This document shows positions 36,801-48,800 of a stretch of 64,000 bases of DNA, piece after piece. The notes below the pieces were generated by a model. That model ran no database searches. It was not told the origin of the DNA and worked only from the letters and a program-made list of their open reading frames with translations. The position numbers were made by a program, and so were the translations under genes. This stretch comes from Raillietiella orientalis (lineage: Eukaryota), in contig JAYWIR010000056.1 in the NCBI GenBank assembly GCA_036172245.1, positions 434,001-498,000 of the forward strand, read 5' to 3'. Every line of letters starts with the position of its first letter. Position 1 is the stretch's first letter.

Positions 36801-39800
36801 TCAAAATCTCAAGCGATCGGAATCCCCAGCGATCACTAAAAATGAGTGTATGGGTTTACTATGCATATCGGGAATTAATACGCAAATTTATTTTAACACA
36901 TGTATTTATTAATGTTTATTGGCATGCAGATTATTAATATATAATTATTAATACGTATCAATACACTATTCATATATGTATTAAGGATTATAAAAATAAA
37001 TATATGTGCTTATAATTCGATATTTATTCATTTCATTTAATATATATTTATTATATGTACAAAATGTAAAATAAGCACGTATGTTTATTTTTCATATGAT
37101 ACTTTGATGGATGGGATTTCGGCATCTGCGTGTGTGCTCTGTTTTCGAAACGCGCCACGTGGCTCCATCCCGTGTTCCGTGTGCCTTCCGGTGAGCACGT
37201 GGAATACGATGCCAGAAATCTTCCTATGCCGAAGAGAAATGGCACCTGGCAACGCTTGCGCATGGAAACGGAAGCGGGCATCCCGGAGGGTGCCCTTCCA
37301 CCCACTTCCGAGCTCTTCGCCGCAGAACACGCCCGGCAGCGCCGTTGGACACGGCGAAGACACGCTTACCTGTGCACAAATCCGCACTGAGTTAAGGCTT
37401 TGGCCAAGATCTGTATACACGTCGTTTTCCCGGAACCGCTTGGACCAAGGACCATCATTCCGTGTCTGACCAGCTGGGTCTCGTAAAGCTTGAAGTGCGA
37501 TGGCCCGGGAAAGACAGACCAATCAATGAGAGACGAATGAAAAGAGGGGCACATTTCGAGAATGTTCAGCAGGAGATGCAAGAGCCTCTCTCTGCAGGCA
37601 CCGCGTCCGGGCAAGATGACTGAAAGGCTCGGAAAGCCTCCAAGCCGCGCAGCGCTTCGCACATTTCCTGCCGAGGACCAAGAAATAAGAAGAGGGAGGC
37701 AATCGGAAGTCATCTTGGCGTGCACGGCAACGTGCATCTCTTTACCTGGATGAGCTTGAAACTGAAAGATGGGTTGAACACCAATCCCGATTGCTTAAGC
37801 TGCTCAGAGATGGCTTCCTCTAGCTCAGGGAAGCTCGATTTTTCCAAAGAGGTCGAAGGAAAGAGGTCACTTATCAAGGACATGAACAAAGGTTCGTCCT
37901 CATCTGCGGGGAAGATGAGCGATTTCTCCAGCCGTTACTTCAACTCATTCGCGACGAAGCGACCCTGACCTACTAATTTGGATAGGTTCATGTCCCGAAG
38001 GACTCTCATCACGATGGTGGTTTCAGAGTCCTTAGGTGCCATCCGCTTCGCTGTCCCGAGGGTTCTGAGTACCGACAAGATGTTTCTTAAACCGAAGTCG
38101 TAATGGATCTTCGCTCGAATCATTCGGTATCTGGGAAAAGAAGGGGTCATCTCACTTGTTTCGTTAGCTGCTCCTCGCAGAGTTTGTAGAGAGTGAAGAA
38201 CTTCCGGGCCAGGGTGATGTTCTCCAGGAACCCGCAGCTGGCCAGCTTCACGCGAATGATGATCTGTCGGTCTGGAACCATCATGGCAACCGGACGAAAC
38301 TGGATCTTCAAATTTTCGGGAAGCTCGTGCCGCATCGCGTATCCCGGGTTCTGCAGCACAGGACCCATCCGGTCAAATTCCCTCCTCCCCCTTCGCGCAT
38401 CTCGTGGTTACCATGGTGAGGAATATTCCGAATTCAGGATTCATAGATATGACCTCTCCGTCGGTGAAAACGAACTGCTTGCGTCTTTCTTTCTTGCAGC
38501 AGTGGATCACTGCGATCTGCTGAGCAGCGACGGATAGCACCGGGAGCTCAATGCGGTTGAACTCGTCAAAGCATCCCCAAGACCCAGACTGGGATAACCC
38601 TTTTGTTGTTTGATCATTGAAAACGGGTCAGAATGGACGTGCGTCTCTCGCTGTATACCTTTGAAAATGCGACCTAGACCTCTGTAATCCATCTGATCTG
38701 AACAGTTGAAGACCACTACGTATTTTCCCAATGTTTTTCCAAAATCCTTGACCGTTTCTGTTTTTCCCGTACCTGCGGGGCCAGTGGGATTCCCTCCCAT
38801 ACTCATATTCAACGCTTGAGCTAAAGTTATGAAACACCTGCGGAAGGTGACCTGTGGAGCGAGCAGCAGTCGAACTCACTTGTCTGTCAGAGGGGTGATG
38901 ACAAGCCTCTCCGTGCATCCAAGGAATTCGTTCTGATAGGTGAAGGTGACATCCGTTAGGCACACGAGCATCTTGTCCAAATCATCCTTGAAATTAAAGC
39001 GGCACTGCTTCAGCCACTCGAAGTCGCTGATGCAGTTCACATTCATCCGACACTGCCATCTAGAGATGAAGAACGGTGTGGGAGCATCGCTTTCCTACCA
39101 AGTTGTCGAAGATGTCTCTCTGGTGCACCTGAATGGTGACAAGCGTTTCGAATCGAGTTCTTTCGATGGTGCTGAGGTCTCTGGCAGTCTGCCCTATGAG
39201 TATGTTCAGAATATTCAGGAACTTCAGGTTTGTTTCTTGCATGATTTTCCGATCCGTCCTCGTCTGGAATAAGGCGAATTCGGCGTCTTTTGTCCACAGC
39301 ATCTGGATCCCCAGCACTCCAATCTGAAAGTATTGGTAAGGTGCTTCCGCAGAGGCAAACAGTCCCGGCCCTTCACCAGATTCGAGATTTTGCAAATTTC
39401 GAGTTTGGTGCAGGTATGCAAGGTCACCAACCGTGTCAGGTGAATGAGGGCCTGGGAATGAGGTCAAACGAGATCTCCAGTCACACTCCATTCACTCAGC
39501 AGAGGCATCCGATTCTGCGTGCGAGGGAGGTAACAACGAATGCACTCATTTCCTGCGAATCTGCCTCTGATGCGACCAACTATTGCACTTTACTTCCCGC
39601 AGCAGCTCTCTGTTCGAATTCGCCTCAAGGCAGTTGATCCACTTGTTTCCTTGTCCTGGAATCAGACTTTCCACCTGGAATCAGACTTGTTCACTCAAGT
39701 CCGATTCCAGGTGAACAGTGTAAATACCAGCGTTGGTGGCTCTCAAGAATTTCCAGATTTGACTTCTGCAAACGCCAGAAATCATCCTCGACAGAGAGAA

Positions 39801-42800
39801 AACAGTCCGTTTCTTTTTTTTCTGGTTCTCCAAGTACTCAAAGAACCGTTCGTCTGATGGCCCACGAAGCTCTTCCACGCTGTTCCCTACACCCGAGGGC
39901 GCGTGTAACTCTTCAATTCATAGGAAGCACCCCAGGAGGAGACCACCCTATGAGTCCGGGAAAGGCTCCAGATCGTCCTGGAGTGACCAGGTGTCGACCA
40001 GTGCCTCACACGAAGCCTACAGGTCAACAGGCGCCCTTCTGGGGGTGGGAAGGAGAAAATCAAAACCCGCGACGCACCCTCTGTTCACATGGTGATTCGA
40101 ACCGGAAACGCTTGGCACCACGCTCGCGCCACACGACTGCCAACGCAGGCATCTGGCTACGAGGAGATCAGAAAGAGCGAAGCAATTCTCTATTTCGGAA
40201 ACCATCAGCGAGAGCACTGAGGTGTGCGCATTACAGATTTTAGTGACCCCAAACTGTTCCTCCAGCGCCTCATGGAGAGGCAATCGAACTCTAACGATGT
40301 GACTTAGAGGACGTCAGAGAACGAAGAAGCGTCGACGAATCGACATGCTGCTTTCAGAACTACGAAGTTTTCAGCGATCACTCGGACCGTCCAACGTCTC
40401 GATGACCGACGCTTAAAATGGAAGATGCCAAGCGAAACCTCTCCACCCGAGGAACGCCTCCTCTTCCCCCTCTTCTAGAGAAGGAGCAAGCGAGAAGCAG
40501 AAAACCGATTCGGCCTAGCTTGTTCGTCTCATCTCGGCGCCTACCGGTAGTGGGCACGGAATGCCAAACCTCTTTGATGATGCCGAGGGAGGAGACGTGA
40601 GCACAAACAGGTAAGCCACACGACTCGCGTTGTTAGCAAGTTCGCTGCAGAGGACGTGGTAAAAAGTGAAGCGTTTGACATCCGGATGTCTTATAAACCA
40701 ACATCATCCTTGGAAACCGCACCGTATCTTCCCGCGAAAAGGGTTCCAGATTTCCGCAAGAAAGGAATCATCATAGGAAGAGTGTGGAGGATGGAAAAAT
40801 AAAACCCAAAACGGGTTCACCCTTCCCAATCGAAGTTCAATGCTCACTGACCCGGGTCAAGAAGCAAAACGAAAAGACCGCTGCGAATTCTTACCTGGGT
40901 GGGGACACAGTTCAGAAAGCTCAGTATGTTTAGTCCCGCTTCTTGGATCCGGAAGTATACAGATCGAATGAGGGAGTGGATGGATGAATGGGATACTTGG
41001 AGAAGCTGCATCAACCAGTATTCGACGCTTCCTTCAGCTCTCACAGGTTTCTCCAGCTAGGATGGAAACAGGTCATCTCGAGTTCGCGGGTAGATTAGTA
41101 AGGGCACGTGGACTCGTCAAGGATACGGATTCGTCCACCTTCCGCAGGCCGGCACAAGACTGGCCCTCAAGAAAAGGAAACGCTGAACTACGCGGAAGTT
41201 CATAAAATTCTTAATCGACTGCTTCCCTTCAATTCCTGGGTGGAATAGCTTCGAGGGAAAATCAGAGGAATACTCAGAGATGCCAAGAGAGAAGGAAGGG
41301 GAGACGACACCTCAGTTGCATCACTTCAATCTTGGGATGTGTTTCTTGGGAAGCAGAATTCACGTTAAAACAGGATCTCTATCACTTCTATTCATAGGAG
41401 GATCTCGACTTTTTACATCTACAAAGCTGGTAGGGTTCCTTGTCTCAAGATTTCCACGACAAATCGTTGGCAGTCTTCTCAAGAAGTCAAAGAACACCTA
41501 GTTGGAGCTCTTTCGACCACTTAGCTGGTGTTGCTTCGACCACCTGCCTCGCGCCATTCATCACTCACAACTGTTTCAAAAGCTTTGGAAATAGGTGCAG
41601 GAATGCAGAGGAGAGATTTTCTACACTGTCTCTGAGTTCCTCGACGTTCCCAGGTCCGCGTTGTCGGCGAAGGGCTGGTGCACGGAGGACGTTGAAGGTT
41701 GCAGGCAGGTTGGTGCGCCGAAGGCTTCGTTTCACGGGCTCGCGTCGCCGCAGCTCGGACCGGCCCGCATCCCCGTGTCCTGCGCTGAGGTCCTTTGCCG
41801 CAGCTCGGGCCCGCTCGCATCCCCGTGTCCTGTGCTGAGGTCCTTTGCCGCAGCTCGGGCCCGCTCGCATCCCCGTGTCCTGCACTGAGGTTCTTCGCCA
41901 CCGCGAGGAGTCTGCTCGCGTTTGGTGAGGACAAAAGTGTCTTCAGGTGTCCCGCCTACATCGTGGTCCGCTCGTGGTTCGAAGTTATCCTATCCTATGC
42001 GTCCATTATGAGTTCCGCGAATTACACGGTGGATGGTTGATTTTTACTTCGATCTGATTCAGCAATCCTCTTCCAAGGAAGAAAAGATCTTGCTGAATCT
42101 TCTTTCGGAAAGTGCATCCTCCGGAAACATCCTTGTTTCAAAAAGTCATCAGGATACGGAAAAATCTCCAGGGAACGGACTGCTCATTCGGATTCGATCG
42201 TGAATCTCGTCACGTCAACTGGAGGTGTCTGAAGATGGATGTGGGACCAGTCCTTTCGAAGCTGCGTGCACTGGAGCTAAGGGTGCCAGCATTCCTCGAA
42301 GCCTCTCGTGATGAGTCGCCCCATCGCGAACAGCAGTCAGGTACAGATGAGAGCTGGTGTCCATGGCCACCACGAACTTTTCGATTTTGCAGACTCCCAG
42401 CCTACCCAACATTCACCGCAGCTCCTTGGCTTCGGGAGACTTTGGCCCTCCCGGGCTTAGTTCGAAAGCCCGGGCCCCTGAATCCAAAAAATCAAAATCC
42501 CGAATGAATCAGAATCGGGAGAAATCTTAGAGATTCCGAAAGATCACAAAAAATAAATATATTATAAATATATAGTACTCTTATATTGAAAATACATAAA
42601 TTGATATATATTATAAGGATTATAAAAACAATGTACATGCATATTAGGCATACTTCTATATAGATTAATATACAAATTCATTTTAATATACATATTCATT
42701 AATACAGATATCATTAATGGTAATATCATTTTAACATATATATTTATTAAAATTTATAAACATATATGTCAATATGAATAATGATATGTATTATCATGTA

Positions 42801-45800
42801 TTATTAATCTATATAAAAGATTTAATAAACGCATACATATGTTTATTGTATATCTTTATTTGCCCCCCGTTTTTTAAATTGTTTTCATCATTTTCTATTT
42901 CTTATAATTCTATGTTCATATATTCATTTAATATATATTTACGAAATGTATAACTATAAACAATAAGCGCATATAAGTATTTTATATAATCTTTATGAAG
43001 TATATTTATCTATCCATCTATATATTTATGTATTCATAGATATATACGTAAGCATATATAATGGACATATCCGTTTATTTTTCATGATCTTTCGGATTTC
43101 GGGATTATGGTCGACCCCAAGCTCTTTAAAGTTCCCCGGACTTAAGGACTAAGGAACCAGGATTCGTTTCCCGGAGTTCTGGTTCCTCTCTCAGAATGTA
43201 CGGAGTCGCTGATCTCGGGTTCGACCCTGTTACACCTCATCTGATGTTTGAGCTCGGGAGTTGTTTGCCTCAAGCTGCCACTATTGACTCTTCGCAGGTC
43301 AGCGTGGGAGCGCCTTTCTCTTGAAATGCTCCTGACGTCGCCACAAGGAATTTTCCTCTCGCGCCGAAGTCGCCTCGTTCTTCCCTTATCCTGGAAGGAC
43401 TCGTTGGGACATGAGTAAGAGGTTGGAGCCACGGGCAAAAGCAGAGAGGAAACTCGGTTGTCAACTTGGCCGCGTTCGGATGCTGCGTCCACCTCCGTCC
43501 CCAAACTTCGGAACCTTCGCGCAAGCGGATCCACCTTCACCACCGGCTGCCCGCTCAAACCTTTCGCTCGATCCACTTTCCACTTTGACGGAGATTTCCA
43601 CTCAGGACGTTTCCTGAGGGATTCGTGGACTTTGCGGAAGATCCGTGGTCGAGTCGAGTGACCACGCGTTTGGTTTGAGAACTCCGAGTTGCAAGGGCAA
43701 GCAGACGCCCTTGGGTCCATCGTGTCTTCTCGGCGAGCCCTCGAGCGTCCGCAGTTCGAATGCCGTGGGCAAAATGCCGTTGACCCACCATCCGCGACAT
43801 TCAACCGGTTTCGTAAAAGTCAGCTAAGAGTCTTACGAGCTTTCTTCGAGGGAGGGGATGGACGTACTCCGCAACCTCCGTTTCGGAAACGCAGTAACAT
43901 GTCTTTGGGGCAAGATTGGGCATTGAAAAAGGCGTTCACTTACCATAACACATTCCTCTTCCGAGCTGACCAAGCCGATGATGCGGTCGTAATCTTGGTC
44001 GTGGAAGATAATCTTCTTGGTGTTATCAAAGATCGACAGGAGATGTGTCTGGATGGTGTGCGAGTCCGTGGTCTGCCCGAGAATTTCCAACAGAGCCGGG
44101 TCTGACACGAAGAAGAACCTTGGGAACAGGGTTCTTTTCTTTTCCAGGTACCTGGAAGAAACCTCAAGTGTCCTCTGGAATGACCTTCTGTCTCACTAAC
44201 CCAGAAAGGGATTTCTGGCACATTTCCAGCTCTCCTTGCAAGTATGGGAGCAGCTGCTTCAGCATGTCGTCTCCCACACAGCACTGGATGACGTTGGGAA
44301 TTTCGTGAGCTCTTGCAAGGATCTTTTGCCAGCAGCGGTCGATGTTGTAAAACCTGCGGCACGCAAAGAGACCATGATTTTCGCGATCGAGTCGTCTTGG
44401 CGACCGTGATCGAGGCCAGAGGCTTGGGCGTTTTCCAAATGAGGAGACCTTCATCCTCTGAGTGCCTCAAGACGTCAAAGATTGTGAAACGCATCGCACG
44501 ACATGGTGGAGCCAGTTTCGAGCTCTGAGCGGAGTCTCTGCCAGGGGCCGCAGCACTCAGGGACTCGGGACTCAAGATCATGCGAAGGGCCGCTTGCTCG
44601 AGGGGGAACCCACCCCTGCGAACCGGCCGGATCTCCTCCCTCACCCCAGGAAGAACGCGACCCGCTCTTCGGCTGTCGGTTCCCCGAATTTTCGATTTCG
44701 TCTTCCTGAACGAGGGGTCTGAGGAGCACCGCTCCTCGGCACGCAGCAGCGCGCGAACCGTGCCCGGCAGGACGAGGGTGGTCGGGAACGCGCGCACCCG
44801 CTAAGATCGCAGCGGATGGGAAGGAGGAGGATGCTGTTCGCGGACCTTCCCGCGCACGCGGCGGCAGCTCCCCGCCCATCTTTCAGCTTATCTCGAAGAG
44901 GGGGGAAAAAAATGCCGGGAGCAAAGGAGGACCGGCGAGTCGGGAGCAACGGTGTTCAGGGAGGAGGAGTTCTTAGCAGCTTCCAGGCGGGCGAGCGGTC
45001 AAGTTCAGAGTGAAGTTCGTTTCGGAGGAGGTCGTCGATGCGGGGTAGCGGTTAGAGGTCAGACGGAATCGGCGACTCTCCGTGGGGCTCGTGGGACTGC
45101 CACAGTCCTTCAACCACAGCGAGCACGCGGTGACCGCTAAAAGACCACGCGCCCATCGGGATCCCGAAAAGCCATAAATATATACGTGCGCATTACATAT
45201 ATTAATATAATTAATAATATGTTCATTACGTATATTCATATATGGATTAATGCATGCGTTAATATATGGATTAACATAAATTATAAAGACCATTAAAAAG
45301 AAATGTGTACGTTTATTATGTAAATGAATATATATATATATTCATGCACATATTATATATGTTAATGCATGTTACTTATTTTATCAGTTATATGTGTACT
45401 AATAAATATTAATCAATGCTTATGTTAAAACAAATTTGCGTAGATTCGTGTACAGGTGTGAAGGTAAATTTATAAAGATCATTAAAAGGAAATGAATACG
45501 TTTATTATATATGTTAATGTATATATTTATACATAATACGTAAATGTACGTTATTCGTTATATCATTAATATGTGTGTTAATAAATATTAACCGGTATTT
45601 ATGTTAAAAGAAATTTTTATAGATACATTACACACAAAGAATTATTTTAACATAGATAATATTTATTAAGGTGCATATTATTGATATAATGAATAACATG
45701 CATCGATACATTATTAATTTAGATATTAAAGATTATAAAAAATAAATACGTATGCTTATTATATGTATTAATATATAATTTGTATATTTAGCGATTTATT

Positions 45801-48800
45801 TTAGCATGCATATTCGAAAATATGTATTAACTGTATATTATTGATATGATTAACAATTGTGTTAACATATATTAACGATTACAAAAACATAAATGCATAT
45901 TCAAATACTTATCTATTTATATATGTAATAAACATATATTGAATGAATATATGTCGGGTTATAAAAAACATATTGACAGCTAAAAATAGTGGAAAAACGA
46001 AAAAATCGGGCAAACGAAAAAGGCAAAGAAGGAATTGCGTATTTCATTTTCCTATCGTTCCCTTCATGCAACGAGTGGGACTCTCTCTCCGAATGATGAA
46101 TTCCACTTTTTTCGGGATTTCGACCCTCCGAGATTTCGAGACGAACTCCCTGACGGACCGACCTGCAGAACGGGGGCCGTGGACCATCCACGCTCGCCGT
46201 GTGGCTCCCGAGGACCGATGAGGATGGCTGCGAATCCCTTCAGGCGCCTCCTCAGCACGCGCCCGGGGGAATCGAAGTGGGACAGAGTGGTTGGGTGGAG
46301 AGAGCAGCCGCGGTGGCTCTGGCCATTGAGACCGGGCCAACGTGCTAGAGGGAAAAGGGCTTGGGCGGACTCGGAGTTTCCTTTTGGGTTTGAGAAAGAC
46401 CGGAGGGAAGCAGCTGGATTCGCGCGCGCACGCGGTGCACGTCCGTCACGTGGACATCGGCCGGCTAGAGTGGCCGCTCGTTTGGGACGAATCTTCAGGA
46501 ACCGATGGCATGGTGAACAAAACAGCCACGATTTTCTCCGCTTACGTGGGATGGCATGCCGTTTCCATGGGACGGGAGGCCTCCCATTAGCACGCTTGGA
46601 CGGCTTCGGGAAATTTCGAAGAAATGGGTAATGAGACGGAAAGTGAGGCCACGAGCGGAAACCGAGGGAAGTCACTCTGCTTCTTGATGACTGCAAGGCA
46701 CACCCTGATTCCGGGCACTTGGCCAAAACGTGCATTGACATCTCTGCCTTCCAGCACTGCAGACTCGGTGCAGGCAACGGATATAGTGATCAAGAAAAAT
46801 TTGGCGGCACTATGCACCTCAGGGAATCGGTGGACCACCTCTTGGAAGAGGTTGATCCGCTACATAAAATATCCAGGGAAGCTAGTGCACGGGTTCATCT
46901 CTTCCAGACAGGAAACTTCGTCGCCAGCAGTTGAAGAAAAAGGGGCAGCAAGACGATTCGGCACTATTTTGCACTCTGTGATTTCAAGCGTGGATGCTTC
47001 GAGATGACGGAAGCAGGCCGAAGGCGAGCAGGAAGCCATTTTGAAACTGCGGCAAGTGCAAAGAAAGGAAACTAGAAAGAACTAGAAGGAACCGATGATC
47101 GTACTGAATAGCGGGACGGAAACAAGGGCTGAAGGACGCTAATGACATTCTCCCGAAAACGAGGCATTGGAAGACGAAGAAAGTGATGAAAGTGGCCCTC
47201 CCGATCTTGAGCGAGGGACTACTCAGTGTGCAAGCAGCTTTGTGGTTGGACCACAGCGCACATTTCATGCAGGAAGGCAATGAAGGCCTCTGTACTAGAT
47301 GATGGACCGGAACGAAGAGGGCGATCAAAGCAAACCAAAATCGAGCACAGATGTCTGGAGCCGTCTTTGCTTACTTATGACCAGTTAAGAGAACACGGCA
47401 AGGTACACTGGAGAAATTTCTCCCCCAGTGACCATCGGAAACTCGTACTCTTGTGATAAGCTCGAGCAAGTTTGCTGTGCACATTGAAACGTCAGATATT
47501 TTTCTCTAAACTTTTGTGCAGTTTGTTCGAGTACTGTTAGGCAGAAGGACTTCGAGGACGTCTGGCATATTCTGGAACTGGGGGTAGCAGTAGCTGTTCT
47601 TCGGGTGATGCTAATGATTGGACGATTAAAGTCCCATTTCGGAACTAAGAGTCCCATGAGCTTTTCCCTAGGGAAGGAACCTACTTCACAAACTCCGTGT
47701 CACCTCAAGAGCACAGCAGCAAGGCAAGATTGGACGACAGAACATTGCAAAACGTGTGTTCACTTGACGTCGATACTGACAGTGAGGAAGAAGGAAAGCG
47801 ATTCAGCACGAAAGGCACTTAAATAGGGAATATTTTGCCATAATTTGTTCCCATGTTGCATCTGAATGCATCATTTATCGAAAGATTGGTTTGCCTCTTT
47901 TACATCTTTTTGTGCCTAACCACGCTGGACTAGGGCAGACGCGAAGAGTCGCCAAATCCCAGTACCCACTACCCACACGTGTACATGTCGAACACGGACA
48001 TGTTGTTGCGATTCGGTCATTTCGATAGCCGGTGGGGGAAAAAATAACAACTACCTTTTGGCTTCTTTAGGAAGCTGGTTGGCGATGTCTCCCCCGACAA
48101 ACACTGCCTCGAGGTAGACCCAGAGATTCTGAACGAATAGCCATTTCTCCAGCATGTCATTCGTGTTGGACAAATCCCCGATCCACTTCTGGATCTTGCT
48201 CCGAAACGGAGCGTTGTACCTGGGAACGAACCACAGAGCCTCCTGACCACCTTGCTGTCGTTCCACCAAAACCTGTTGGATAGCAGAGAGCTCAGAATCA
48301 TCAGGTTGTCTTCCACCAAGCTGATGATGTCGGCAGTGCTGTCGCCCCTCAGAAGGAGTTCACCTCTGTTCTTGAACTGGACGAACGTAAACTCGCTGGT
48401 GCTCCACTCGTTGGTGATCTGCTTCAGCTTCCCTTCGATGTCTTTCTCTTTCACCGCTGATATGCAAACGTCCTAAACATTCGTGAAAAAAACGCTCCTG
48501 AAACGACCAGGCGTTCTTCCCGTGTTTCCGTGCTCATCGATCACCTCGAAGGGATCGCAAAGGAAGAGTGCGGTGCGACCCGCATAGCCTGCATGCTTTT
48601 TCCCTGGACACAAACCACGGGCAGGGAGTGCCAAGGAAATAAGTCCAGGAAATAAGCAGAGGAGGAGTTCTCGAGTGCGACCGCAAGGATGGGATGAAGG
48701 CACCACCTGGTTTCCAGGAGCTTTCTCTCGTGGTGGGTTGCTCGGGGGCGAAAACGCCCTTCATTTGTGCCTGAGGCGCAAACGAGCGCCTTCATGGAAA

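Noticed and set aside
41747..41896. CRISPR-like array
   Set aside because: The units are contiguous with no unique spacers, there are no cas genes, and the context is a eukaryotic intron.
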